Source: a virus
Taxonomy: Duplodnaviria > Caudoviricetes
Direction: 5' to 3' (one strand)
Length of the DNA: 24,415 bases
IMG/VR virus record: IMGVR_UViG_3300002092_000190
Location: 1-24,415 of that record
The notes under the pieces are model-generated. The model was not told the DNA's origin, did not search any database, and worked only from the letters and a program-made list of their open reading frames with translations. A program made the position numbers and the translations under genes. Below, one piece after another: positions 9,714 to 18,134 of the stretch (position 1 is the stretch's first letter; every line of letters begins with the position of its first letter).

Positions 9714-11212
9714 TACACTTCTTCCCAATTTTTCTTGTCGTTAGGGTTGCCACCTTTAAACCTATACCCGTCTATTACCGCACCGGCGGATGGAGCTGTT
9801 CTTGTTGGCGTTCCATTTTTATTACTAGCGCTTTCATTTTTGCCATACAAACCAGCAGCTTGTTGACGTAAATCAGCGAAATAAGCATTTTTCTGCTCAG
9901 GTGTCATTTTACCAAAGTTACGGGCAAAGGTGAAGTCCGCCATGTTTTTATTGTGCATATCAACTGCACCTTTACCGATTGCTTCATCTGACCTATCTTT
10001 TTCTCGTTCTGACTTAGTACCAACTTGGCTTGCATAAGCGCCAGCACGTAGTTCTTCAGCGCTAGCTTTACGGTTTTCAACGGCCAATACGCCGGTTTGG
10101 TATAAAGTTTTTTGAGCCAGTTCTTCGTGTTTGAGCGCCAACTCTTCATTGCCTTGGTCACGCGCTTCTTTGGCCTTGGCCAAATTAAAGTTAAAGTCTC
10201 TTTGGTTTTTCTCAAGCTCATTAACAGTTTTACGGCTAGCAACAAGTCCGGGCAACCCAAGTTCGTTACCTTTAGCCAACGCCATACCGACGTTAGGTAC
10301 GCTCATTAATGCCTGACCCATGCTCATCAAATACTGACCGGCGGCAAAGTCTTTCTCACTTTGAACTTTTTTATCTAAGTCTTCTTTGTTAGCGCCCATA
10401 TCTGCAAACGGGTCTGGACGTTTAGGAGGCGCCTCTGGGTTTTCTTCCGCAACTTTCTTAGCTAATGAAGGGTCAACACGCTTTTGAATAGCGGCTACGT
10501 CTGCTGGATTAGCAATAGTTTGAATACCTGTAGGTTTTGCTGGTACGTTTATTGGAGCCGCAGACAAAGGGCCTTGCGCACTACCTTCCATATCTTGTTG
10601 TTGCGCTACGTTGGTAGGGAGTGGTTGAGCTGGAGCAGTAGGCGCAGCCATCGCTGCACGAGTACGTGGGCTCATAAAGAAATTGTTTTGTGCTGCTTGC
10701 GTTTGAGCTATTTCTTCTGGAGAACGACGAATACCACGACCATATAGCAAGTCGTTCATTTGATCTGCAGTCATAGGGTCTTTAACTTGACTACCTTCTT
10801 CACCACTAAATGCAATAATGCCACCGCCTGCCATAGCCTTTTCTGTTGGCTCTAAGTTTTTAGCTGGTAACGCCGCAAGCCCTTGTGCTTCTGCTGGAGA
10901 CGGCATTGCTTCAGGTTGTTCTGCTAATGCCGCACGCTCTTCATCAGACATCAACTGGTCTTTAATAGTGGGCTGTTGAGCTTGTTGCCCAGCCTGTTGG
11001 CCTTCTACGGCAGTGCGTAACTGTTTACGCCCCATAGCTTCAGTCATAGCTACAAACTGAGGGATTGCCATGCTCTTACCCATAAGGATGTCGGCTAACT
11101 CGCCGTCGCTAAACATTCTAGCTTTATCCATCATGGCTTTCATGTTGTCAGTAGACATTCCCGCGCCTGTAGCGTTAGGTTGTGGTTGTTGCTGCATCAA
11201 TGAAGATAACAT
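9713..11212 (-). CDS. Putative internal virion/ejection protein (499 aa)
   Basis: Q/A/M-rich and helical, MAGGGIIAF motif, C-terminal GAVIDGYRFKGGNPNDKKNWEEV. Located directly before the giant protein. Confidence 0.65.
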   Translation of the reverse strand: MLSSLMQQQPQPNATGAGMSTDNMKAMMDKARMFSDGELADILMGKSMAIPQFVAMTEAMGRKQLRTAVEGQQAGQQAQQPTIKDQLMSDEERAALAEQPEAMPSPAEAQGLAALPAKNLEPTEKAMAGGGIIAFSGEEGSQVKDPMTADQMNDLLYGRGIRRSPEEIAQTQAAQNNFFMSPRTRAAMAAPTAPAQPLPTNVAQQQDMEGSAQGPLSAAPINVPAKPTGIQTIANPADVAAIQKRVDPSLAKKVAEENPEAPPKRPDPFADMGANKEDLDKKVQSEKDFAAGQYLMSMGQALMSVPNVGMALAKGNELGLPGLVASRKTVNELEKNQRDFNFNLAKAKEARDQGNEELALKHEELAQKTLYQTGVLAVENRKASAEELRAGAYASQVGTKSEREKDRSDEAIGKGAVDMHNKNMADFTFARNFGKMTPEQKNAYFADLRQQAAGLYGKNESASNKNGTPTRTAPSAGAVIDGYRFKGGNPNDKKNWEEV

Positions 11213-11221
11213 GTTAAATCC

Positions 11222-12373
11222 TTAAGAACCAAATGCTTTATATGCGCCCAATGCGCCAATACCCGCGCCCATCATTTGTTGCGCTGTTGTTGGAAGAGCT
11301 TGATATGATTGAGTAGTCGCAGACTGCATAGGCAATCCATGAAGCATATTCGATAACATACCTAACTGCATGTACGGATACTGTTGTGCAGTAGCATAGT
11401 TTTGAACGTCTTGATTGATTATGTTCTGTTGTTGTTGCTGTTGTTGTGAACCTAAAGTGTTCTGCAGCTGCGCGATATTTTCAGTAGCGCCGAGTTGTTG
11501 ACCGCCGATATTAGCCAAGTTAGAAGCTTGTTGACCCAATTGACCGTAGCCTGCTTGTTGCGCGCCAATACCCGCTAGTCCAGCTTGAGCGCCTTGAATA
11601 CCTAAACCAGCGCCTTGCATACCTAATGAGGCAGCGTTCTGCATGTTTTGATTGGCGGTGTTATAGGCTTGGTTATATGCGTTACCAACTAATTGGTTTT
11701 GAGCTAAGGCCTGGTTCTGCTGGTTAAGTCCTTGCATTACAGCGGACCGCCCGCCACCAAAAGCACCTTGTTGAGTAGCCTGCGATTGGTTTTGTACATT
11801 TTGCATACCAAACTGCTGGTTCTGTAATGCCAGTGCTGGAGCTAAAGTGTTTTGAATATACGGGTTCATATATGAAGCAACAGCATTTGGGTCTGTCGCA
11901 TTTTGCCCGTAGCTTAAGCCTTGTTGAACACCAAGACGACCCGCATTATAGCCTTGCTGACCGTACATACCGGCAGGCATTGTTGTAGCTAAAGCCCCCA
12001 AACCAGACATGTTAGCCATCTGACTTGCTGCATCATATTGCCCAGGTGTTTGTAAGTTAGCTGCAGTGCTATAAGACTGCTGCATCATAGGCGACGCACC
12101 AGCTACGTAGTCCGATGGGTTGGTGCTGTACGGTGTATACGGTTTGAATGTAGTATTTAAATTGCCGTTAGCATCAGTGCCATAAATCTGTGCCTGAGTA
12201 GCGTTGAGCATATTCTCAACATACGGTTGCGCGTACGCTGGTAGGTTTGTATTAGTTACAGTTGTACCCGTTGGCTGTGACGAACCCCCACCACCACCAC
12301 TGCCGCCACCGCCCAAAACACTACCTAAAACTTGGCTGCCTACTACCCCTGCTGCTACGTAACCTGCTGGCAT
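11222..12373 (-). CDS. Putative DNA transfer/ejection (pilot-like) protein (383 aa)
   Basis: Hydrophobic N-terminus followed by poly-Gly and TTVTNTNLPAY; YMNPY, GAFGGGR and QQYPYMQL motifs; Gln-rich; C-terminal GAGIGALGAY. Typical of podoviral DNA-transfer proteins. Confidence 0.7.
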   Translation of the reverse strand: MPAGYVAAGVVGSQVLGSVLGGGGSGGGGGSSQPTGTTVTNTNLPAYAQPYVENMLNATQAQIYGTDANGNLNTTFKPYTPYSTNPSDYVAGASPMMQQSYSTAANLQTPGQYDAASQMANMSGLGALATTMPAGMYGQQGYNAGRLGVQQGLSYGQNATDPNAVASYMNPYIQNTLAPALALQNQQFGMQNVQNQSQATQQGAFGGGRSAVMQGLNQQNQALAQNQLVGNAYNQAYNTANQNMQNAASLGMQGAGLGIQGAQAGLAGIGAQQAGYGQLGQQASNLANIGGQQLGATENIAQLQNTLGSQQQQQQQNIINQDVQNYATAQQYPYMQLGMLSNMLHGLPMQSATTQSYQALPTTAQQMMGAGIGALGAYKAFGS

Positions 12374-12374
12374 A

Positions 12375-12731
12375 TTAAGCCCCTTCCGCTATCAATACTT
12401 TGTCAATATTATCTACATCTGTTTCGTTTGTTGCGTGGATGCAGAACCATACGGTATCTTCCAAAGCTTCAATAGCGTGGTTAATACCTTCTTTAATTTC
12501 TAAACAAGCTGGAGCTATGTATTCGGCAGCTCCTTCATCTGTACGGACAACCACTTTGCCTTTAGCCAAAATACTTAAGTGACTAAACTTGTGCGCATGT
12601 TGCCCAACTACGTATCCTTTTGGTACAAACATTTCTTTAGCGTACAGGCCATCGGAAAAGTTGTGCTTAACACCTAAGTCGATTTCAAAAGTGCCGACTT
12701 TTTCTTTAAATGTCTCGCTTACCGTTTTCAT
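12375..12731 (-). CDS. RmlC-like cupin protein (118 aa), His-rich metal site
   Basis: HNFSDGLYAKEMFVPKG..QHAHKFSHLSILAKG and EGINHAIEALEDTVW match cupin motifs 1 and 2. ATGA overlap with the upstream gene. Confidence 0.85.
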   Translation of the reverse strand: MKTVSETFKEKVGTFEIDLGVKHNFSDGLYAKEMFVPKGYVVGQHAHKFSHLSILAKGKVVVRTDEGAAEYIAPACLEIKEGINHAIEALEDTVWFCIHATNETDVDNIDKVLIAEGA

Positions 12732-13315
12732 GCTGCGTCCTTTACTTTGTCAGATTTAATGGTAACAATAAGCATAATCATGTCATCATTAGACTCGTTC
12801 TTGGCATCGTGTAAGACGCTATTATCAAACCAATACGCATCACCTACAGTTGGAAAAATGCTTCCATCTGGAAAGTTAAAAGAATTACCCGGAGCGCTTT
12901 GCACAGCAATGTAGTATTTTGCATAGTATTCAGCACTCCAACCACCATCAATATGCGGGTAAATTTGTTTACCCGGCGGTATCTTAACTAATAGAATAGT
13001 GCCGAGCTCTTCACCTTCAACTAAGCGCATCAAGTCAAATATAACTGCTCTAATATCAGGTAGTTGATAGTAGGCTGGGTACCAAACAGGCCTATGTTCT
13101 TTATTTGCTGGGTGAGCGGCGTTTAACTGTCCCTCATTGTTCAGCACATTTTCAATAGTGTTATAGCGCACCCAAATATCAGTGCTCTCCCTATGAGGGC
13201 TGTTACCTACGCACCGCATATCGTATTTACCAAAAAGGCGTGGTTGTCTGCGCAATGCAATCTGCAAAGGCACAACATTGAATCCAACAGCAATCTTGTT
13301 AAAGTATTGGGACAT
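12728..13315 (-). CDS. Aspartyl/asparaginyl beta-hydroxylase-like Fe(II)/2-oxoglutarate oxygenase (195 aa)
   Basis: IPPGKQIYPHIDGG (HxD) and GDAYWFDNSVLHDAKN (distal His); SPHRESTDIWVRY N-terminal motif. Confidence 0.85.
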   Translation of the reverse strand: MSQYFNKIAVGFNVVPLQIALRRQPRLFGKYDMRCVGNSPHRESTDIWVRYNTIENVLNNEGQLNAAHPANKEHRPVWYPAYYQLPDIRAVIFDLMRLVEGEELGTILLVKIPPGKQIYPHIDGGWSAEYYAKYYIAVQSAPGNSFNFPDGSIFPTVGDAYWFDNSVLHDAKNESNDDMIMLIVTIKSDKVKDAA

Positions 13316-13316
13316 T

Positions 13317-14891
13317 TTATTTCGGTAAGTACTTATCTGCGTTAATCTGTTTGCCCTGTGCGTTACGTCCTGTACGGTCTTGACGAACTTTGTCCATCAT
13401 CTTATAGAGGTGTTTAGCGCCAGCGTCAGTAGAGCCGTTACCCAAATGAGATACAACATCAGCTGGAACCACAAACTCGCCATCAGCTAAACGGGCTGGC
13501 TGTTTAGACCCAATTTTAGCAGGGATATTATCGCTCATGCCATCGCCGGGGCCTTTTAATAGACGTCCACCATCTGAGTAACTGCCTAAAGAACTAATAC
13601 CGCCGCCAGCCGCTAGGTTGAGCTGGCCCAGCTGCATAGTTGGGTTTAAACCAGAAGCTACACCAGACGGCATTTGAGCGCCGTAGTTTGCGTTATCAAA
13701 ACCAGCTAGTGATGCTTGGTAAGCCGGCATAGCCGCCATTTTACCTGCGCTTGTCGCTTTAGGTTTAGTTGTTTTTACACCGCCACCACCAGCTAGTTTT
13801 TCTGCGCCAGTATAAGGGTCGACGTTTGTATCTCCAGCAGCAGCAATCATGTTGCTACCCATAGGGGTATTTGTTGGGCTAGAAAAAGCATTAGTTTGCA
13901 GTTGAGCTTGTGGAAACATTTGGTTTTGGCCAAGTGCATTATCCCTAGACATTTGCTCAACAGGACCGCCGGGGGGAAGACCGATTTGCATACCATTAGC
14001 ACCAACTTGACCGCCGCCATCAAAGCTAACCATACCACCGCCAGCATATCCTTGAGTGTTTGTGTACGGGTTTGTTTGGTAGTTACGGTATTGCGCTTGA
14101 TATGGTGTAGGCTGCGCTGGGTATTGACCTTGGAAGTTAGAAGGTAACGACTTTAAACCTAGAGGGTTAGAACCGGGGGCTTGTACTGCGGGGGTTACGC
14201 CTTTTCTAGGCATCATAGCGCTTAAAAACATTAAACCTGCTGCAGTCTTACCGGGGTTTTTCCCAATCCAATCACCAACGCTTTTAAGAGTATCACCGAT
14301 ACCAGTAGCGCTACCGCCTGTAGGATCGGGTGTATATGGAGCAGTGCCGGGTACTTGGTTTGCCACACCACCTGTTGTACCGCCATAGCCAGCAGCATCC
14401 GCTGCTTCAGCAGAGCCTATTTGATTCGTCGCCATTCCGCTTGTGTATGGATTGCCTGTACCGGCGGCTGTAAATTGTTCAGGGGTTAAACTAGCCGCAC
14501 TAGGAACCGCAGACCCGCCAGCACCAGTGCTAGTAGCGGCATTTTGAACACCGGATACTTGAGCCGCATTAACGCCCGCACCACCCGCGCCTTCGCCGCC
14601 TGCAACAGCGTTAGAAGCAAGGTCAGACATTGTAAAGCCGGGTTGACCTGCAAATGAACCGCCAACAGAACCTAATGTACCATTACCGCCCAAACCCAAT
14701 AGACCACCAAGACCTTCACCCGCACCACCGAGAATAGAGTTCATAGCACTAAAGTTACCTACATCAAAAGCGCCGCCGCCAAAACTACCGGCATCTAAAC
14801 CATAAGCGCCTAAATCAAAAGCACCGGCTGCGCCCGCGCCTACTTCACTACCGCCTTCTACGGCTGCTATGCCTACGTCTATCCATGCCAT
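13317..14891 (-). CDS. Gly-rich virion/ejection protein (524 aa) with C-terminal GPGDGMSDNIPA...LADGEFVVPAD domain
   Basis: GGGAG RBS; low-complexity G/A-rich N-half, one hydrophobic segment (AAGLMFLSAMM), repeated xAGGG/xDGG motifs, conserved-looking C-terminal domain. Confidence 0.7.
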   Translation of the reverse strand: MAWIDVGIAAVEGGSEVGAGAAGAFDLGAYGLDAGSFGGGAFDVGNFSAMNSILGGAGEGLGGLLGLGGNGTLGSVGGSFAGQPGFTMSDLASNAVAGGEGAGGAGVNAAQVSGVQNAATSTGAGGSAVPSAASLTPEQFTAAGTGNPYTSGMATNQIGSAEAADAAGYGGTTGGVANQVPGTAPYTPDPTGGSATGIGDTLKSVGDWIGKNPGKTAAGLMFLSAMMPRKGVTPAVQAPGSNPLGLKSLPSNFQGQYPAQPTPYQAQYRNYQTNPYTNTQGYAGGGMVSFDGGGQVGANGMQIGLPPGGPVEQMSRDNALGQNQMFPQAQLQTNAFSSPTNTPMGSNMIAAAGDTNVDPYTGAEKLAGGGGVKTTKPKATSAGKMAAMPAYQASLAGFDNANYGAQMPSGVASGLNPTMQLGQLNLAAGGGISSLGSYSDGGRLLKGPGDGMSDNIPAKIGSKQPARLADGEFVVPADVVSHLGNGSTDAGAKHLYKMMDKVRQDRTGRNAQGKQINADKYLPK

Positions 14892-14901
14892 ATCTTGCTC
14901 C

Positions 14902-15384
14902 CTATTCCAGTTCCAGCGTCATCTGCGCTTGGTTTTCCAGTGCCTCATACGAAGGGGCAATTACCTCGGCCTCAATCGCTTCTAGTTTATCTTCACCTAA
15001 ATGCTCTGTTAAATGGACGTTTACCCATATCGTATCTTCTTCAGCATAGCCAACCTTTTGACTTCCGGGAGAAGCATCAAATATACAGGGGGCTTCAAAA
15101 TACTTTTTGCCGGTTTCAGTTACGACCGATATTTTACCTTTTAACACAATATTCAGATGATGTTGTTTGTGTATTTTACCAATAATTAGCGAACCTTTGG
15201 GGATAAAAAGCTCTCTAGCGTACAAACCGCAGCCATATTTTTCGTTCATACTGGTGAAATGGTGGGTTAGCTTTAAGGTATCCTCCGCCGATTTAAAGGC
15301 ACCTATGGCAATAAGGTCTTTTAACCCAGCCGAAACGGTCTGTACGTTATGCTTAAATTGAGGTTTTAATAGCGCGGCTGTCAT
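14902..15384 (-). CDS. Cupin-fold protein (160 aa), paralog of 12375..12731
   Basis: HHF...GLYARELFIPKGSLIIGKIHKQHHLNIVLKGKISVVTE...AP...EDTIWVNVH aligns by eye along the 118-aa cupin. ATGA overlap. Confidence 0.8.
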   Translation of the reverse strand: MTAALLKPQFKHNVQTVSAGLKDLIAIGAFKSAEDTLKLTHHFTSMNEKYGCGLYARELFIPKGSLIIGKIHKQHHLNIVLKGKISVVTETGKKYFEAPCIFDASPGSQKVGYAEEDTIWVNVHLTEHLGEDKLEAIEAEVIAPSYEALENQAQMTLELE

Positions 15385-15659
15385 GTCTTGATTTTTAGTA
15401 CGTTGCCTGCAGTGGTGTCATAATACACATCGCCCGTTCTTAAAGTAGCCAAACTAGCTTGTGTTGGAATTGACACTATGGGGGCGTTAGTCGTTTGATT
15501 GATACTGCTTAAGTTTAACGTAGTACCTTGGATGGGGCCATTATTATCTAATTGCGCAAAATATAAACGCAAGATACGAAGAAACTCTTCCATAAAACGC
15601 TGGTCGTATTCTATGGGTGCAACGGGTAGCCGTGGGGCTACAGTATTTGGGGTGGACAT
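15381..15659 (-). CDS. Conserved phage structural protein (92 aa), tail-associated
   Basis: APRLPVAPIEYD...LRLYFAQLD N-terminus and LRTGDVYYD..GNVLKI C-terminus; translationally coupled on both sides. Confidence 0.65.
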   Translation of the reverse strand: MSTPNTVAPRLPVAPIEYDQRFMEEFLRILRLYFAQLDNNGPIQGTTLNLSSINQTTNAPIVSIPTQASLATLRTGDVYYDTTAGNVLKIKT

Positions 15660-17644
15660 TATCTTCTTCCGTCGGGTCTAATATCAATACGGGGTACGCC
15701 TAATTGCCACTGCACATCGACCCTATTAGATTCAATTTTAAACGCCATCTGACGACCGCGCATACGAACATACGCATATTCGCTAAACTGTTGAACTTCA
15801 TAAGTACGTTGATTCTGGTAATTCTGGGTACTTACTACAGCAGGGTTATCATCTTGTCCATACGGAGCGCCGGGATTTTGTCGTGGAAGCACAGTGAAGT
15901 TTAATGAAGGTGCCGCACTTGTTGAGCCGTTAAATGAAACGTCTGGGATAATACGCCACACAAAACCAAAGTTATGCCCATCGCCAATATCAAAGTCAGA
16001 AGATTGGACAAAAGAGTCAATAGCTGTAGGAGGGTTCGTTTCACCATTATTAACACCTTGCTCGTGATAAATCAAAGTAGAATTGGTTGTACTACCTATA
16101 ATATAACTAGCCGCAGTTGGAGTTGACCGTAAAGCACTATCTAACCAAGCTGTACGGGCTAAATTACCGTAGTACCAAATACGTTCTAAATGGTTGTAGA
16201 TTACATAACGGTCAATATAGTTTGAACTGGCTGAACAATAGAACCACCATACTTCATTAAAGCCTTCGTTGGTACCTGAGAAAAACTGCGCAGACTGAGT
16301 CATATTAATATCTTGGAATACATATTCGCGCAAAGTACATGGCAGCGTTTCAACCCGTCCAGAGTACATATAGAACTTATCTTGCCCCATCCAATACGCC
16401 ACGTTATTTACAATAGATACGGCATTGGGGGAGATAATGGAAATGTTGTCTGCAAGTAATTGAAAGCCCCAAACATAAGGAGCCCCTAAATACTGCATAG
16501 AATAGATAGCGGCGTCAGTAAACACTAATATTTCTTGGCGAGACTGCATTGCCGTAATAATAGTAGAACCGTGACTTAGCAAATAACTACCTGCTTGATT
16601 TGTAACTGACGGAGTCCAAGTCAATACACTTTCTTGGTCTGACCAACGAATTAGCATTGGGTTTTGTACGCTAGAGCCGTAGTCATTTGTGCCAAATGCA
16701 ATTGTAAATCTACTAGCATCAGATACTAATACATAGTTAGCCATTTGGGGGGTATCTGTATCCCCTAACCACCACTGTGTACCATTTTGGGTATTAGTAT
16801 TTGTACTAGATAAAACTTGAGCTACGTTATACACGTTAGGGTTAGCGCCATCAACAACCCAGTAATAGATTGGGCCGCCACGTGGGTTAAACAATAGGTT
16901 TTGTCCGAAGTTAGATTGGCTCCATAAACGCAACTGAATACCAATACCAAAACCTGCTGGAGCAGGAGAACCCCAACCTGTGGATGTATAGCCCGTAGTT
17001 ACACCCGACCAACCACCAGCACCCCAACCTACGTTAGTTGTGTAAATAGCGCTACCAGAAGTGATTTGATATGTGGCGACAACAGACGCACCGCCATTGC
17101 CAGAATCAGAGCTATTAGCAGTAGCGGGAACAGTAATTGTGAATTGAGAAGACGAGACATAAGTAATTTGATATCCAGTATTTGCATTTAAAATAGCCGC
17201 AGTTATATTACCGCCAAGGCTAACAGCCCCACTAAAAGTAACCCAGTCTCCTGTTTGTGCGCCATGCCCTGCATCGGTAACTGTAATTACAGACAAGCCA
17301 GTAGTAGCAGTAAAAGTAGTATTGCCAGCAGGTGCAACATAACGAATAGGTGTAACATCAAACTCATTACCCCCTGTACCGTTTTGAATATAGAACTTTT
17401 GGTTAGTACCGATACCCATGTAGTTGTAGCCGTTAAGACCAATCCAGTTCCATAAAGAACGGATAACCCCAACCATGTTTCCACCTGTGGATACCAGACC
17501 AGTATCTATTACCCAGCCACCAATCTTCTCTACCTGACCAGAACGGAAACGAATTTTATCGCATTGGAACCATCCCCCCTCATTCGCTAAGGTAGTTCCT
17601 TCTCGGTTAATTCCTGGACGGAATTGCAATTTCTGAAGAGGCAT
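15659..17644 (-). CDS. Tail tube/nozzle (P22 gp10-like stabilisation) protein, 661 aa, with inserted FCCH-like beta domain
   Basis: MPLQKLQFRPGINRE start, IRWSDQE...QAGS, AYWMG..FYMYSG.V..LPC, FNEVWWFY, RMRGRQ...RIDIRPDGRR end. Insert ITVTDAGHGAQTGDWVTFSGA...YQIT...FTI (~17130-17320). Confidence 0.75.
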   Translation of the reverse strand: MPLQKLQFRPGINREGTTLANEGGWFQCDKIRFRSGQVEKIGGWVIDTGLVSTGGNMVGVIRSLWNWIGLNGYNYMGIGTNQKFYIQNGTGGNEFDVTPIRYVAPAGNTTFTATTGLSVITVTDAGHGAQTGDWVTFSGAVSLGGNITAAILNANTGYQITYVSSSQFTITVPATANSSDSGNGGASVVATYQITSGSAIYTTNVGWGAGGWSGVTTGYTSTGWGSPAPAGFGIGIQLRLWSQSNFGQNLLFNPRGGPIYYWVVDGANPNVYNVAQVLSSTNTNTQNGTQWWLGDTDTPQMANYVLVSDASRFTIAFGTNDYGSSVQNPMLIRWSDQESVLTWTPSVTNQAGSYLLSHGSTIITAMQSRQEILVFTDAAIYSMQYLGAPYVWGFQLLADNISIISPNAVSIVNNVAYWMGQDKFYMYSGRVETLPCTLREYVFQDINMTQSAQFFSGTNEGFNEVWWFYCSASSNYIDRYVIYNHLERIWYYGNLARTAWLDSALRSTPTAASYIIGSTTNSTLIYHEQGVNNGETNPPTAIDSFVQSSDFDIGDGHNFGFVWRIIPDVSFNGSTSAAPSLNFTVLPRQNPGAPYGQDDNPAVVSTQNYQNQRTYEVQQFSEYAYVRMRGRQMAFKIESNRVDVQWQLGVPRIDIRPDGRR

Positions 17645-17690
17645 CTTGTTAAGCCTTTAATAAGGAGGGTATGTTTTTCATGATTTACCT

Positions 17691-18134
17691 TTAAGCGACC
17701 GTACCACCAGCGGCTTTATAAGCTGCTATTAATTTATCTGCGCTATTCTCATGCTGCCCATACCCTGCGCCGGGGAGTGAAGCCCAAATATTTTTGCACT
17801 TATCTATAGCAACGTTAATATAACCTTTTTCAATATCGTCTAGTGCTTTACGCTCTTTAATCTGTTGTATAGCTACTGCATCTTGCGAAGCTGCTGAAAA
17901 GTCTTGTAACCCTAACTGCTTCTTATACACATCCCAATATCTTCCTAATAACTGATACCGCCCTGCTGCAGTTGATGCCAATCCTGGTTTTAACCAAACA
18001 AGCTTTTTTGGATGGTCAGCGTACCCGTGAAATAATTCACCGCCAACCACGACATTATACCCGTCATCACCTTTTCCTTTGGTGCCTTCAGATACAGCAA
18101 TCATATCAAGAAATGCTTTTAGATTAGGACTCAT
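17691..18134 (-). CDS. R: Endolysin, lambda R-type lytic transglycosylase
   Basis: AFLDMIAVSEGT (catalytic Glu), GY.VVVGGELF..YADHP, STAAGRYQLL.R.W..Y.KQLGL.DFS..SQDAVA.QQIKER, NIWASLPGAGYGQ; closely resembles lambda R. Confidence 0.93.
   Translation of the reverse strand: MSPNLKAFLDMIAVSEGTKGKGDDGYNVVVGGELFHGYADHPKKLVWLKPGLASTAAGRYQLLGRYWDVYKKQLGLQDFSAASQDAVAIQQIKERKALDDIEKGYINVAIDKCKNIWASLPGAGYGQHENSADKLIAAYKAAGGTVA

Noticed and set aside
9714-9728. Upstream start of the giant gene at 9728 (similarly 23735 for the fibre gene)
   Set aside because: The TAATG coupling at 9713 and the AAGGAG RBS before 23705 support the shorter starts.
17661-17694. Perfect TAAGGAGG on the + strand as the RBS of an antisense gene
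   Set aside because: The following ATGs open only 4-7 codons before TAA, and the spacing is poor.
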